Shown: positions 1-10,954, numbered from the stretch's first letter. The stretch is DNA of 64,000 bases from Acidobacteriota bacterium (GCA_965217775.1 CBDCJH010000002.1:2816001-2880000); one strand, 5' to 3'. Made by a program: numbers and translations. The notes: a model not told the origin generated them from the sequence alone.

Positions 1-2327
1 AAGCGGTGCCGGGGCGTTGTGATCTTGTGTGACGCTCCGAGCACTTGCACCTTGACATGCCTTGACCGGGTTTTCTCGCGGCGGCCCTTGTCCTTGAGGT
101 GCTTCACCTTGATGACAGGCACCACAATTTCCTGAAGCATTGCCCCGCCATGAACAAAGCGCGCGCCGCCGGTGAAATGGAAGCGGTTATTGCCCTTGGG
201 AACCCAGAATTGCATCTCGCCTTCAGCCGTGGCGGTCACGATCGTATCGCCCCGCCAAGCCTGCTCGTGAGGCGGCAGATCGTGACCCAGGAGGTATCGT
301 TTTTTTGCGATGACTGTGCCGTCTGGCTTTTCCTCTAGCTTGCTCTTGTCCGGGTTGCCTGGCGCCGTTTCCGTGAATAGAAAGCCATGGTCCGCGGTGA
401 TCACCACATTATTGCCGTTGAGATTATTGACAACATAGCGGACGAGATCGGTTAGTTCCCGAATCGCCTTTCTGACGGCTTCGAAGGTGGCCTTCTCGGT
501 AGCGGCTTTGTCGCCGCGTGCGTCAATCTCGTCATGGTAGATGTAAACGAGACGCTTGCCGGCAATAAACTTCCGGCCTTCTTCTTTCTTCATCGCGAGT
601 AGCGGGCCGGCTTTCACGGCCATGCCGCCATGAGCGCTCAGGATCTTGTTGCGCTGTTCGAGGGATGCCGTCGGCATCCCGTCGACCAGGATCCCATCCT
701 TCCCCGTATATTCGAGTTTCGAGTGCGGCAGGATACTCGCCATGCCCAGGGCGGTATAGGAGGGCAAAATGCCCAACTGGGACGACAACTTGGCCTCGAC
801 CCGGTATGTGCCATTCAGATAACCCGTCAGCTCTTCCGCGGCTTCGTACCGCAGGGCATCACTGATGATGACGAAGGCACGTCGATTATTAGCTTCGTCA
901 AGCCATGGCCGTACTTGCCGGTCGAAGAACGTGTACTGGTTCTGGATGCCATTGATCGCCCACCTCTCGGGCAGCTCCTCGTCGACGAACTTGCCCCAAG
1001 CGAGCGCAATGTTGGTCAGGTAACCATTGCAGTAACAGGCTTCGATCTCCTCCCGGAGTGGCTTCAGCATATCCCAGCCCTGGGCGGCGGCGATATCGCC
1101 GTTCTCGCAGAAGTGCCGGTATAGCTGGTCAAAGCGAAACAGCCTGGATTCGTAATCCTTATACATCGCTGCCATATCAGGAGAATCGAAGCCCGCCTCA
1201 TGCGTGTTGCGCAAATGCAGAAGCTGCGCAGCGGTCGCTAAGGCTTTGTATACGGCGCGGCGGGCGCGGCGTTGGGCCTCGGGCACCGAGCCCGAAGATA
1301 CCCAGTGCCCGGCCTGCCTCCGGTCGGCGATACTGCCGACCGCCTCAGGGTCAATCACATTGATCGTTGAGGTCACCCGGTTCAGCAACCCTTGCACAAT
1401 CCTTTTCTCCACATGGGGAAAAGTCATCACATCCAGAAGCTCCTCTATTTCACAGCCGTGCAGATGATGCGGCATATCCAGGCGCGCCCCGACCTCGGCC
1501 GCCAACACGTCGTAGCTGCTGCTCTTGCTGCTGCTGTCTCGCCATTGGGCCAGGCAGACCACAGCATTCGTAGTGCCGGAACGTGGCAATTGGAGGTGCT
1601 GCAGCGCACCGGGAGGTTCCTTGGCAAGATGGTGGGCATAATCCGACACCAGTAGCCTGATAAGCAAATTCTGCAGAGTTGGGCTGTCCTCGCCGTACCC
1701 GAAGACGGACTTGACCATCGCCCAGAAAGGTTCGTCAAGTTCGAATTTCTCGATCTGGATCCAGGCCGGCGGGCTGGCTTCGAGATCGGGTACACCATCT
1801 CCGGCCATAGAGTGGAACAGGGTCCGGACGATGTTGAATAGCTCGGGCTGGTCGGCTTTCGAGACGACCGCCAGCATCTTGCGGTCGAGATCGAGTTCCG
1901 AGTCTTCGGGATAGACGAGGCTCGTCAGCTTACGCAGCCGCTCTTTGTTATTAAAAAACTTCCGGCGCTTTGCAAGATGCTGGCGAAGATACTGGTGAAC
2001 CAGACCGAGCTCCTGCAGGATGATGGAAGCGCGGTCTGCCCGGAAACTGCGACTGTACAAACGCATGTCCAGTAGCCAGTCGTTTTCGTAGTCCGGCTCC
2101 TCAGCAGGTGAGTACAGCAGATATCGCTCAGCAGGATCGTCCTGTTCAATGCGAACCTTTGCTTCGAGTGCTCCAACCTCGTCGAGCTTGAGGACCTCTA
2201 CGCCTTCGAGAGCGATGTCCTGCAGCGATCCGGCGAACTCGCCGTCCGGATCGTTCCAGAAAACGATACGAGCGTGCTCATCGTCGAACAACTGGCCTAT
2301 GGCAGCGGTGATCTTTGCTACATCCAT
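1..2327 (-). CDS. pglZ: BREX-1 alkaline-phosphatase-fold protein PglZ (3' end beyond window)
   Basis: Absent from the ORF track because it has no stop in the window. ATG at 2327 overlaps the pglX TAA; it reads MDVAKITAAIGQLFDDEHARIVFWNDPDGEF..., with VVITADHGF (~381-407) and RFVHGGAMLQEIVVP (~118-162) motifs. I read the ends and motifs, not every codon. Confidence 0.93.
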   Translation of the reverse strand, partial: MDVAKITAAIGQLFDDEHARIVFWNDPDGEFAGSLQDIALEGVEVLKLDEVGALEAKVRIEQDDPAERYLLYSPAEEPDYENDWLLDMRLYSRSFRADRASIILQELGLVHQYLRQHLAKRRKFFNNKERLRKLTSLVYPEDSELDLDRKMLAVVSKADQPELFNIVRTLFHSMAGDGVPDLEASPPAWIQIEKFELDEPFWAMVKSVFGYGEDSPTLQNLLIRLLVSDYAHHLAKEPPGALQHLQLPRSGTTNAVVCLAQWRDSSSKSSSYDVLAAEVGARLDMPHHLHGCEIEELLDVMTFPHVEKRIVQGLLNRVTSTINVIDPEAVGSIADRRQAGHWVSSGSVPEAQRRARRAVYKALATAAQLLHLRNTHEAGFDSPDMAAMYKDYESRLFRFDQLYRHFCENGDIAAAQGWDMLKPLREEIEACYCNGYLTNIALAWGKFVDEELPERWAINGIQNQYTFFDRQVRPWLDEANNRRAFVIISDALRYEAAEELTGYLNGTYRVEAKLSSQLGILPSYTALGMASILPHSKLEYTGKDGILVDGMPTASLEQRNKILSAHGGMAVKAGPLLAMKKEEGRKFIAGKRLVYIYHDEIDARGDKAATEKATFEAVRKAIRELTDLVRYVVNNLNGNNVVITADHGFLFTETAPGNPDKSKLEEKPDGTVIAKKRYLLGHDLPPHEQAWRGDTIVTATAEGEMQFWVPKGNNRFHFTGGARFVHGGAMLQEIVVPVIKVKHLKDKGRREKTRSRHVKVQVLGASHKITTPRHR

Positions 2328-5300
2328 TAGACTGCCTTGGCTCCTGCAATCGCCTTGACTTCAGCCAATAAGTCGCCGAACTTGCCGTAATTAACTTTCA
2401 CTCCATCGTCGAGATCGAGACTGACACGTTGGTCAGCATAATGGCGCAGCTTCTCGTCAAACTCTCGAAGCTCCGATTGTTGCTTAACAAGTTTCGCCCG
2501 CTCCTTCTCCAACCGCTTGCGGTGAACCGTCGAGGCTGCGGCGGCAATATCCCGCCCCAACTGGCGAACACGGGAAGCCACCATGCCTTGCAGCGGGATT
2601 GCGTACTCGGTACGCATCCGGGCCAGTGTGCCTTCGTTGTACCGATGCAGATAGATGAGGCACTGAAATGCCTTCTGCCTACCGCTTGAGAAGAGCCAGT
2701 AGATGGGGCGCTTCTTGTAGGTCTGCAGATGGTCCTTGAAGAAACTGTCGCAGAGATAGCGACGTAGAGTATCGCGGCTCGACTCGTTGTTCCTTGGTGA
2801 GAGGTTGCTGGCCAGGAAGGCGAGGTTGTCTTCAAGGTGAGCCGCATCCCAGGCCACCGAGATGAACTCAATGAGGCGATGGGCGGCGGCGTCTTCAAAC
2901 CAATCGGAGTCGGTGAGTGGCACGATGCCGTCTGAGTCGGCAGGAAACGCGGTGTAGCGCCTGGGATCAAAGCCGGCACCTCTGTTGAAGGCGTAGATAA
3001 GGCCCGGCGCGTCCAGACTGTAGCGGCCCATCATGCAGCCAATAGCGTAGGAGACCAACTCTTTCATGGTGTCCCGCCGGAAGTAGGCCCACCGGTCTTC
3101 TTCGGTGAATTTGCCACCGGAGCGGTAGGCGGGATTCACCGTGAGGGTGATCTGCTCGATGGGAACACCGGGGATGAGTTCGTCCGTCAGGCCATAGGCA
3201 TCAATGAAGAGGCGGTTGTTCTCTTCTTCGAGGCGCTTCATTTCGGTGATGGTGTCGCGATTCTGGGTGGTCCAGGCGGTGTAGCTGGATTCAAGGTTGG
3301 GAGTGGGCTCGGAGGATGCCGTCAGAAGGGGAAGAGATTGGAAGTCCCAGGAGCGTTCGTAGGCGTTCCAGTCATCGGCAGTGGTATGCACCAACCGATC
3401 CACGTTCTTCGTCACGTCAAAGCGGAGGTTGTTCCCAACGACCTCAATGAATGGGATGTTCACGAAATTGCCGATCTGGAAATGCAGTGTCGGATTCGTT
3501 GCCCTCGCGATGGCTAGCACAATCGGCGTATTGCAAAAGCCTGCCAACAGCATGCGCTCCACGCCACGAAAACTGAACGCTGACATCCCTGATACATCGT
3601 GGATACCACCACTGTCATTCAGACGAAACGAGGGGGGACCAGAGGTAACATCTGACCACGTCAAAGACTCCTGAAAGTAGAACTCGGTGTTCTGCGCTCG
3701 CGATCTTGCCCGCCCTCCGTTCTCGGTACCGAAAGCACGAATCGCCCGGCCATCATGTTCCCAGTTGACCAAGTATTCCTGATTTCCGTACCACTTCCGG
3801 AACTCTCCCCCCTTGTTGTAAGGAAACCATTTGTTGCCCGACCGGGCCGCAGCGTCTCTGCTTTTAGAGTGGTAAGAGCATTTTCCTCGGTCCACCTCAT
3901 GCCAACGCCGCAAAAACTGATTGTTGTTACCAGTTTGCAAGCCCACTCTCGCATCAACAAGCTCTCCTAAAAGCGTCCCTTCGTCAAATGCTGACCGGAC
4001 CCGCTCACTCACCCAATAAGCCACCGGACTGCCGGGAATTTTCTTGAACTCGTCCTGGGCTGTCGTATCGAAACGTTTCTCACCGTTGGCCAGCGCCGTT
4101 CGCTTCTCTGACTCGCCACCTTCCAGCAACCGGAAAAACACTGGCTTGTAGCCCTTCGGTGATCGATTTTGCAGCACACACGCTGTTGTTTGAACCACCT
4201 CGCCCGAGATGCTTCCGAAAGCCCGCGCTCCCAGGTGAGCCATCGTCTTGATGTTTTTCTCCCGCAGCATCCGCTCGCGCATCTTTTCGAACGACGACAG
4301 AAACATCCAACTCTGCATGGTGACCATGGCGTTGTGGCCGGCATCCTTCGCCAGTGTGTAGCCACGCTCGATGAAGCAGGCGAAAAGGTCGCTCTTTGCG
4401 GCGGGAAAGTGATCCTTGACGAACTTTTTCACCAGGGAATTCATTCCCCTGCTTCCCATATACGGTGGATTCGCCACCACGGCGTCATATTGTCCCGCCA
4501 GCAGCTCGGCCTGCCGCACCAACACCCCCAACCGCTTGAGCGCATCCGACACAAATAGGTCTTGACTCGTGGATTCACTCAATTGCTTCAGCGCCGGCAG
4601 TTCCGCAGACAGTCCCTCCGGCACCTGAATCAGCGAGCCAAAGGTTGAGGCATGCTCGAAGAGTTGCTTCAGCTCTGTGAGGTCGCTGTCCACAAGTCCG
4701 TAGTCCACTAACTTCACGCGCTGAGCCATCCGCTCTGCGTCAAAGCCCGTACTGTCGACCAACGCCATCACGTTGAGCTTCACGCCCCGCTCGAAAAACC
4801 GACGATCATCAGCCCGCCCCTTCATCATTAGCGCAAAGCCCGTGAGCTGCGCCGCCCGCCCGTCGATGTCGAGGCCGAAGAGGTTCTTCTCCAGGACCAG
4901 CTGAGCCACACCGCGCTTCTGGTAACCGCGCTCCAGGTAGATGGCCTTGAACAGATCATAAGACTCCACCAGCATGTGTCCGGAACCACTGGCCGGGTCG
5001 ATGAGGGTCAGTGCTTCGGGGTTGAGTGTGCCGGGCGTAGTGGCCGCAAGTTGCGCGGTGACCTCTTCGTTCTGCTCGGCGGGCTCGATGTAGTAGGCCA
5101 TCTGCCCTCTGATTGAGGAGTGCGGATAGGTCGCCAGCCACTGTGCCCCCAGCGAATTCTGGACCAAGTACTTCACAATCCATTTGGGCGTGAAAAGCTG
5201 GGTCGCCGCCGGAATGTCTTCGGAGGCCACAACCTTGCCAATGACCTGGCCTTTCTTCTCCGAGATGTAGAATTGGTAGAGCCAGCCGATGATCTCGATT

Positions 5301-5908
5301 TGCCCCCAGGCGCTCTCGTCAATGCCCTCGACCAGTTGACGGATCAGCGAGTCAGTGTGGAGTAGGTTGGCGGGCAGCAGCAACTCGGTTTCATCCCCGA
5401 TGCGCTCAAAGAGAAAGGGCATTGCCTGGTGCAGGGCGTTGCACTGGGCTTTGAGGAGCAGCCGGTAGAGCTCTTCATCTTTGCTGCCGTCGAGCTTCAA
5501 CTCCACAGCTTTCTGCCGGTCGAGGCCCGGCAGATCGACGTCGGCAGCATGCTCAAGAATCTCTGGCTGGTCCTGTCCCTCAGGATGACTCAGAACGCGG
5601 TAGCCGTGGTCCAGGTAACCGTGCAGCTCCATGTAACGTATGGCTGCGAAGCGGTTGAACCACGTATAGGCCATTTCCTCCATGACCTGCTCGAAGCCGT
5701 CGTGCCGGATCCGTTCTTCCAGGCGCTTGCGCGGTTTCGCCACCTTGCGGGAAAAGGCATGTGCCCCGATCAGGGCTACATCGCCCTGCTCTACAATCGG
5801 TTCAATGCTTTTGGCAGTCACGCCGTAAAACGCCGCTCGCCCAGTTACCGCCGCGATAAAATCGCGCCGCGCCTGTTGGGCATAGGCTTCGAGCTTGTTG
5901 CGATTCAT
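2327..5908 (-). CDS. pglX: BREX-1 N6-adenine DNA methyltransferase PglX
   Basis: 1193 aa; AYTWFNRF, IPAATQLFTP, DPASGSGH (SAM-binding), NPPY (catalytic), KKRPIYWLFSSG and C-terminal LDLDDGVKVNYGKF motifs. Confidence 0.96.
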   Translation of the reverse strand: MNRNKLEAYAQQARRDFIAAVTGRAAFYGVTAKSIEPIVEQGDVALIGAHAFSRKVAKPRKRLEERIRHDGFEQVMEEMAYTWFNRFAAIRYMELHGYLDHGYRVLSHPEGQDQPEILEHAADVDLPGLDRQKAVELKLDGSKDEELYRLLLKAQCNALHQAMPFLFERIGDETELLLPANLLHTDSLIRQLVEGIDESAWGQIEIIGWLYQFYISEKKGQVIGKVVASEDIPAATQLFTPKWIVKYLVQNSLGAQWLATYPHSSIRGQMAYYIEPAEQNEEVTAQLAATTPGTLNPEALTLIDPASGSGHMLVESYDLFKAIYLERGYQKRGVAQLVLEKNLFGLDIDGRAAQLTGFALMMKGRADDRRFFERGVKLNVMALVDSTGFDAERMAQRVKLVDYGLVDSDLTELKQLFEHASTFGSLIQVPEGLSAELPALKQLSESTSQDLFVSDALKRLGVLVRQAELLAGQYDAVVANPPYMGSRGMNSLVKKFVKDHFPAAKSDLFACFIERGYTLAKDAGHNAMVTMQSWMFLSSFEKMRERMLREKNIKTMAHLGARAFGSISGEVVQTTACVLQNRSPKGYKPVFFRLLEGGESEKRTALANGEKRFDTTAQDEFKKIPGSPVAYWVSERVRSAFDEGTLLGELVDARVGLQTGNNNQFLRRWHEVDRGKCSYHSKSRDAAARSGNKWFPYNKGGEFRKWYGNQEYLVNWEHDGRAIRAFGTENGGRARSRAQNTEFYFQESLTWSDVTSGPPSFRLNDSGGIHDVSGMSAFSFRGVERMLLAGFCNTPIVLAIARATNPTLHFQIGNFVNIPFIEVVGNNLRFDVTKNVDRLVHTTADDWNAYERSWDFQSLPLLTASSEPTPNLESSYTAWTTQNRDTITEMKRLEEENNRLFIDAYGLTDELIPGVPIEQITLTVNPAYRSGGKFTEEDRWAYFRRDTMKELVSYAIGCMMGRYSLDAPGLIYAFNRGAGFDPRRYTAFPADSDGIVPLTDSDWFEDAAAHRLIEFISVAWDAAHLEDNLAFLASNLSPRNNESSRDTLRRYLCDSFFKDHLQTYKKRPIYWLFSSGRQKAFQCLIYLHRYNEGTLARMRTEYAIPLQGMVASRVRQLGRDIAAAASTVHRKRLEKERAKLVKQQSELREFDEKLRHYADQRVSLDLDDGVKVNYGKFGDLLAEVKAIAGAKAV

Positions 5909-5925
5909 GCTGTATTGGCTTTGGT

Positions 5926-8900
5926 TTAACGAATTTCTATGCGCTCGTTTCTGGCCAGAGCATCGGTCAGTTCTTTACGAAGATCGTCAAGGAAAGCACT
6001 CACGTCGGCCTGAGATTCAAGGTAGGACGACTTGACAAGCTTGCCAGGAGAGACGACCCGCCGGGCCTTGACTACCGGCTTGTCCGGCACCGCCATTTCT
6101 TCCTCGGCTTTCCGCGCAAGATAGCGCTCGACCTGGTCCAACGCCTCGTCCTTCAAGCGCACGGCTTCGGCCTCAGCTTGGCCGATATGCGCGAGACTCT
6201 CGTGGATCGAAACCTGTTTCGCCAGCTCATCCAGTGGCGTAAGGCACGTGTTTTTTAACGATTTGTCTCCACCCGCTGTCGAGACTTCCGCGTTCACGCT
6301 GGCAGATTGATCGGTTATTTTTGCGAGCGCCCGGTCCCGTCGCTCGTAGAGCAACCCTTCGTTTACCTCGTTTACGGTGCCGATTAGCCCTTCGGCTTCC
6401 TTGAGTAATCCGTAAGGATTCGGTGCAGAGAGGATTTCGCTCATCCGCCGCAGCGCAGGTCCGGCGGAGTCGTCTCGCTCCAGTTCCATCTGGTTGAGTT
6501 TGAATCTGCCCGATGCCGTGCGCAACTTGTCCCACATGGGGCGCTGATGTTTGTAAAAGTGATCAAGGTCATGGAAGCTGTCGGCGAGTTCTCGCAGGTG
6601 GGCTTCGTGCTTATTGACCTGCACCAGGAACCTGCTGCTGTCGTTGGGAGCCACAAGCATCTTCAGAAGGCTGAGGCTGTCGGCTATCTCCGCGGATCCG
6701 GGGTAACTTCCGGTATCCGCCAGGGCACGATACTGGCTCAGCCTCTCACGCCAGCCTTCAAGGCGGCCCTTCAGGAACTCGAATAGGGCGTCTTCGCGAC
6801 CCGGCCCCATCTCCGAGAACACGTCCCGGCCGAGCTCCCTGGCCTTTTGAACGTCCTCAGGCCGGGTCGTGGCCCGCTGGACGATTGTGATGTTTCGCCA
6901 TTGGCGTTTTGACGTGAGCGCTTCGTATAGCTTGTCCTTCGGGATTGCCGCACCACCCGAGACGCATTGCACTTCGCCGGCCATGAGAAGCCGTGCCAGA
7001 AGAAGTATGACCTCGAACTCGGGCCAGCCATAAGGACGCATGGCGTAGCGCTTGGTGATCATGGCAAGTACAACCTGCCGGTTGGTCTTCTTGCAAAGGT
7101 CGATGTAACTACGGAGGTCTTCAGTGGCCTGCGGATTGCTTTCGAGCATATCCATGTTGAGATTGGATTGTCCAATATCATTGGTGCGTAGAACCGCCTG
7201 GATCTCCTTTTTCGGATCGTCGCAAAGCGTCTTGAGATAGCTCATCTTGTTGAAGGTGTTTTGAATAAGGTACTCCATCGCCTCACTCAGGGCCTTCTGA
7301 GGGGCACTGGCGGAGACCTCCAACGGCTGACCTGCCACAAAGTAGCTGGCATCCGCCAGCATCTCGCCGAGCAGGCGGATCAGGTGGTCGCGGCGTTTGC
7401 GATTCTCGTCAGCCAGATCGCGGTGGATCCGTTTCGTGGTGGCCGGTAAAGTACCATCATCCTTCGTCCGAATGTATTTGTCCGTCCGTAACAACGCGCG
7501 CAGTTCCCGCGCCAGATTCTCGTCGTTTCTCAGCCGGATGAGAACTTGCCCGTCTTCCCGGCTGCTTTCCAGCACGCACTTGCCGTCTGCCTGGTAGACC
7601 TCATAGTCATCGGCCATTGGTGTCACAATCGAGACGGCAAGCGCGCCCTCGGTGCGATTGCCGACCGGATGCGCGTCGCACACACGGTTAAAGCTGAAAT
7701 CCATTTTGTTGGCGCTGAAGCGATGCTTGCGAAGACCTTTCAGTACGTCTTCAAAAACAAGCTCCCCGACGAGTTTGGCCTCCTCCGCGCTACCCAGTTC
7801 GACATTCTTGATTTCGCGATTAATGTCGCGCTCTTCGCTAGTCAGGAAAAAGTAGGTGTCACCGCTGCGATTGACGAGCGTCTCCCGCTCCAGTCGCTGA
7901 AGGCTGGCCTCGATGGTTTTTCGCAGGGCGAGGCGGTCTGCGTCGATTTGATCAAGGCACAGGGTGACGAGGTTATCGACATTGCCTTTGACTTCATCGA
8001 CGTAGCGGATGAGAAAAAGTACCTCAAGGAGCCGGGTGTCATAATCCTCCAGACTCGCATTGTCTTTGGCTTGGTCGATGGTGCGTTTGACGGTGGTGTC
8101 GAGGAAGCTCTCAATAGAAGGGTAAAAGCGATACAGCGGAACCAGAATGCCTACTTCCATATGGGAAACGGACTGCCCCGCATGCTGGAAGGCGTCCAGC
8201 AGGGAGCGCTCCCCCTGCGCCAGATGGAGCCCGGTGGCTCCCGCCTTGCGGATCGACTCGAAAATCTTCTGGAGCAGCTTGAACTGGTAGGGTGCGAAAG
8301 GATAATCCCGCACGAAATCATCCGCATTCCTGAACTGCGGGAAGGTCATTCCGGCATCCTTGAAGGACAGTTGATTCTTAAGGATGTCTCCCTGCGTGGC
8401 GTACTCCGACTCTAGCTGGTGCCGTACTCCTTCCCGCTTGGCAAGCAGACGTTCCTGGATAACTTCATCTACGTTGGCGCTGGACAGCGACAGGCGGGTG
8501 CGGAACCGGCCCTGGATCTTGGAAAAGTCGTTGGCTCGGGTTCCCGGCATCTCACCGAGCACCGCATCGATGTCCTCCTGAGAGGTGACGACGACCCAAG
8601 CCCGGCCCTTGCAGACGGTGCCCAGTTCTTCGGTGATGGTTTGCAGATTGAGCATCAGGTGGGTATCGGTGCCGATGAACTGCCCGACCTCATCAACGAG
8701 AAAGATGATGCGGTGGTCTTCCCCCCTGCCATCGAGATAGTCCTGGACCCATTGGCAGAAGTTCTCGATGGTCAGGGCAAAATTGCCCTCGGCGCCATCC
8801 ATCCATTTCTCGCAGGATTTTTCACTCTGGCGGAGGGAAGGGACCAGTGCCTTGATGACCTCGTCCCGATTGAACGCGTAGGCGTCGCGTTCGTCGGTCC

Positions 8901-9498
8901 AATTGGTGCCGGTCAGTGCCCGATAGGCATCGTGAAAGACCCCAAGCCTGCCCTTGCCTTCGAGATAACGCTCCATGTGGGCGATATGCGGGTGATCGCC
9001 ACTGTAGCCTGCTAACTCGTTCAGTACTTTGAGGAACACCGCCAGGATGGCATCGCGCCCGGCCCGATTGTCCGCCTTGCTGTCGATATTGAATAAAATG
9101 ACATCGGTATGGGATGCGACCGCGCGCTTGATGTCTCCGAGCAGCATCGCGTCCTTGATTTTTAGATTGAAGAACTCGACGGCCTGCCGGGTTTGACCAC
9201 CATGTGTATGTTTCTTGTTATTGAGCAGGTAGGACAGCACTTTGATGAAGTGGGATTTGCCGGATCCAAAAAAACCCGAAACCCAGACCCCGATCTTCCC
9301 CGCAACATCCGGGTCCCCGGTCCTCTCCATCGCTTCGCAGTAGCTGGAGAAAAAGCGCCGAAGATGTTGGTCCAGTTCCTTCGTGACAACGAACTCCTCC
9401 AGCTCCTGCCAGACCGATGATTCGTCCAGCTGGTCGGCTTTTACGACGCCATTGATGGGCCGGGAGATGTCCTTCTGAAATAGATTCTCAATACGCAT
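5926..9498 (-). CDS. brxC: BREX-1 P-loop ATPase BrxC
   Basis: WVSGFFGSGKSH Walker A, FLVDEVGQ Walker B, VTSQE, FSKIQGRF, YPFAPYQ; ATG at 9498 preferred over 9519. Confidence 0.95.
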   Translation of the reverse strand: MRIENLFQKDISRPINGVVKADQLDESSVWQELEEFVVTKELDQHLRRFFSSYCEAMERTGDPDVAGKIGVWVSGFFGSGKSHFIKVLSYLLNNKKHTHGGQTRQAVEFFNLKIKDAMLLGDIKRAVASHTDVILFNIDSKADNRAGRDAILAVFLKVLNELAGYSGDHPHIAHMERYLEGKGRLGVFHDAYRALTGTNWTDERDAYAFNRDEVIKALVPSLRQSEKSCEKWMDGAEGNFALTIENFCQWVQDYLDGRGEDHRIIFLVDEVGQFIGTDTHLMLNLQTITEELGTVCKGRAWVVVTSQEDIDAVLGEMPGTRANDFSKIQGRFRTRLSLSSANVDEVIQERLLAKREGVRHQLESEYATQGDILKNQLSFKDAGMTFPQFRNADDFVRDYPFAPYQFKLLQKIFESIRKAGATGLHLAQGERSLLDAFQHAGQSVSHMEVGILVPLYRFYPSIESFLDTTVKRTIDQAKDNASLEDYDTRLLEVLFLIRYVDEVKGNVDNLVTLCLDQIDADRLALRKTIEASLQRLERETLVNRSGDTYFFLTSEERDINREIKNVELGSAEEAKLVGELVFEDVLKGLRKHRFSANKMDFSFNRVCDAHPVGNRTEGALAVSIVTPMADDYEVYQADGKCVLESSREDGQVLIRLRNDENLARELRALLRTDKYIRTKDDGTLPATTKRIHRDLADENRKRRDHLIRLLGEMLADASYFVAGQPLEVSASAPQKALSEAMEYLIQNTFNKMSYLKTLCDDPKKEIQAVLRTNDIGQSNLNMDMLESNPQATEDLRSYIDLCKKTNRQVVLAMITKRYAMRPYGWPEFEVILLLARLLMAGEVQCVSGGAAIPKDKLYEALTSKRQWRNITIVQRATTRPEDVQKARELGRDVFSEMGPGREDALFEFLKGRLEGWRERLSQYRALADTGSYPGSAEIADSLSLLKMLVAPNDSSRFLVQVNKHEAHLRELADSFHDLDHFYKHQRPMWDKLRTASGRFKLNQMELERDDSAGPALRRMSEILSAPNPYGLLKEAEGLIGTVNEVNEGLLYERRDRALAKITDQSASVNAEVSTAGGDKSLKNTCLTPLDELAKQVSIHESLAHIGQAEAEAVRLKDEALDQVERYLARKAEEEMAVPDKPVVKARRVVSPGKLVKSSYLESQADVSAFLDDLRKELTDALARNERIEIR

Positions 9499-9511
9499 TG
9501 TTGTTCTCGCG

Positions 9512-10120
9512 TTAATCAATCAGTCTAAAGGCCCGATAGTAGTTGGTTTCCTTCTTGCCTTCCCCGGCGGAACCACCGGTCAGGCCGGTCTTGTCAAAGA
9601 GCCGTAATGTCTGCGTGTCATATCTGCCGGGATAAAACATAACCAGGGGCGTCTGTCCCATGATGGCGTGCAGGTTGCTGAGCAAGGTATGCGATCGGAG
9701 TAATGGATAAACACTGCCGATCCCGGATATCAACACGAGGTCATGCTCCCCCGGCTTTACGGTGTCAGCAAAACGCCGGGCGATCTTTTCCTCATGCAGG
9801 ACGCCCTTTAATGCCTTTAAAAGCGCGTCGTTGCCCTTCTCGCGCTGCATCCTGAACGACTTCTCCAACAGGTTGCGCTCCTTAAGGTAATGGATCAGGA
9901 CGTCAAAGAGGTTGACGTGGGCCACTCGAAGGTTGGGCCTGTTCTTCGGCAGGTGTTCCAGAAGGAACCGGATGTGTTTTCGGATGCGCAGCTCATCCTC
10001 TGGCGCATAATCGAAGATGTAAAAGGCTATCTCATTACCAATGCCACGGGTGCTGAGGAAATCGTCCGATGTGAGCTTCGGAAGAATCTGGTTGAGCCGA
10101 TGGGTCAGTGGGTCACTCAT
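9512..10120 (-). CDS. brxB: BREX-1 protein BrxB (DUF1788)
   Basis: GIGNEIAFYIFDY, VYPLLRSHTLL, VMFYPGRY, NYYRAF motifs; position in the operon. Confidence 0.93.
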   Translation of the reverse strand: MSDPLTHRLNQILPKLTSDDFLSTRGIGNEIAFYIFDYAPEDELRIRKHIRFLLEHLPKNRPNLRVAHVNLFDVLIHYLKERNLLEKSFRMQREKGNDALLKALKGVLHEEKIARRFADTVKPGEHDLVLISGIGSVYPLLRSHTLLSNLHAIMGQTPLVMFYPGRYDTQTLRLFDKTGLTGGSAGEGKKETNYYRAFRLID

Positions 10121-10740
10121 GGTCGAACTTCGATGCAGCGGAGCACGTACCTTTCGTCCTGCTCGTGCAGGTAATTCAGCACTTCCCTGGCGACATGGAC
10201 CGTTTGCAGCTTGAGGGTGCGTGTGTTCTCGATGTAGCCGGCCTGCGCGAGGATCAAAAAGACAGTCGAACGCAAGCGCGCTACTGTCGATTCAGTCCAG
10301 TCCGGCATCCCCGGGTCACGGTTACGACAATCCTCGATGAAATGCTCCCAAATGTGCTTGGAGAGGGATGGACGGAACAGCCGGTACTGCTCACGCACCA
10401 CTATATCCAGAAAGTCGCCGAGCAGAAGACTATGTTTCACGGCAGCGGCGAGGCAGGCGTGCGTTGCAAGCGGGACCGAACCATCACGGACCATTTCCCA
10501 AAGCGCGGGCTGCATTAATTCGAGGCGAGCACGGAGGAGTTGGCCCCACCGCGTAGCGGTCTCCCGACTCTGGATCTGGAGAATGTTTTTCTCCACCAGT
10601 TCAGTGCGCCAGTCGTGGCCGTTAACACCCCGTAACAATAGGTCTGCGATGATTCGGCTCTCGGTGACTTTCAGGGAACTCGCCGCGATGGTTGATCGAT
10701 AGCGTACGGATTCGTGTGAGTTCCTGTTCGTGCGTCGAAT
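10117..10740 (-). CDS. brxA: BREX-1 protein BrxA (DUF1819), probable ATT start
   Basis: The frame is open upstream of the track's TTG (10638) through YRSTIAASSLKVTESRIIADLLL. AGGAG lies 6 nt before ATT at 10740. NILQ and SLLLGDFL motifs; ATGA overlap with brxB. Confidence 0.88.
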   Translation of the reverse strand: MRRTNRNSHESVRYRSTIAASSLKVTESRIIADLLLRGVNGHDWRTELVEKNILQIQSRETATRWGQLLRARLELMQPALWEMVRDGSVPLATHACLAAAVKHSLLLGDFLDIVVREQYRLFRPSLSKHIWEHFIEDCRNRDPGMPDWTESTVARLRSTVFLILAQAGYIENTRTLKLQTVHVAREVLNYLHEQDERYVLRCIEVRP

Positions 10741-10954
10741 ATTTGTCTCCTCTCCGCAAGGTTATCAAGATCCAACTCGTTGCGTTCCCCGGGTCATTTC
10801 AATTCTCGGTGCCTTTGCATGGAGTATCACCATCGCAGCATATCGCTTCCATAGTCCGTTCAGCATGCACGGCGAACATGCGTTTGTCGCCCAAGGGCGA
10901 ACGGTCCAGTCCAGCATAGAACAGGATGGCGCGCAGATGTTGCCGGTGCCATTG

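Noticed and set aside
2327-5908. pglX phase-variation or inversion cassette
   Set aside because: No second pglX fragment, recombinase or obvious flanking inverted repeats were seen
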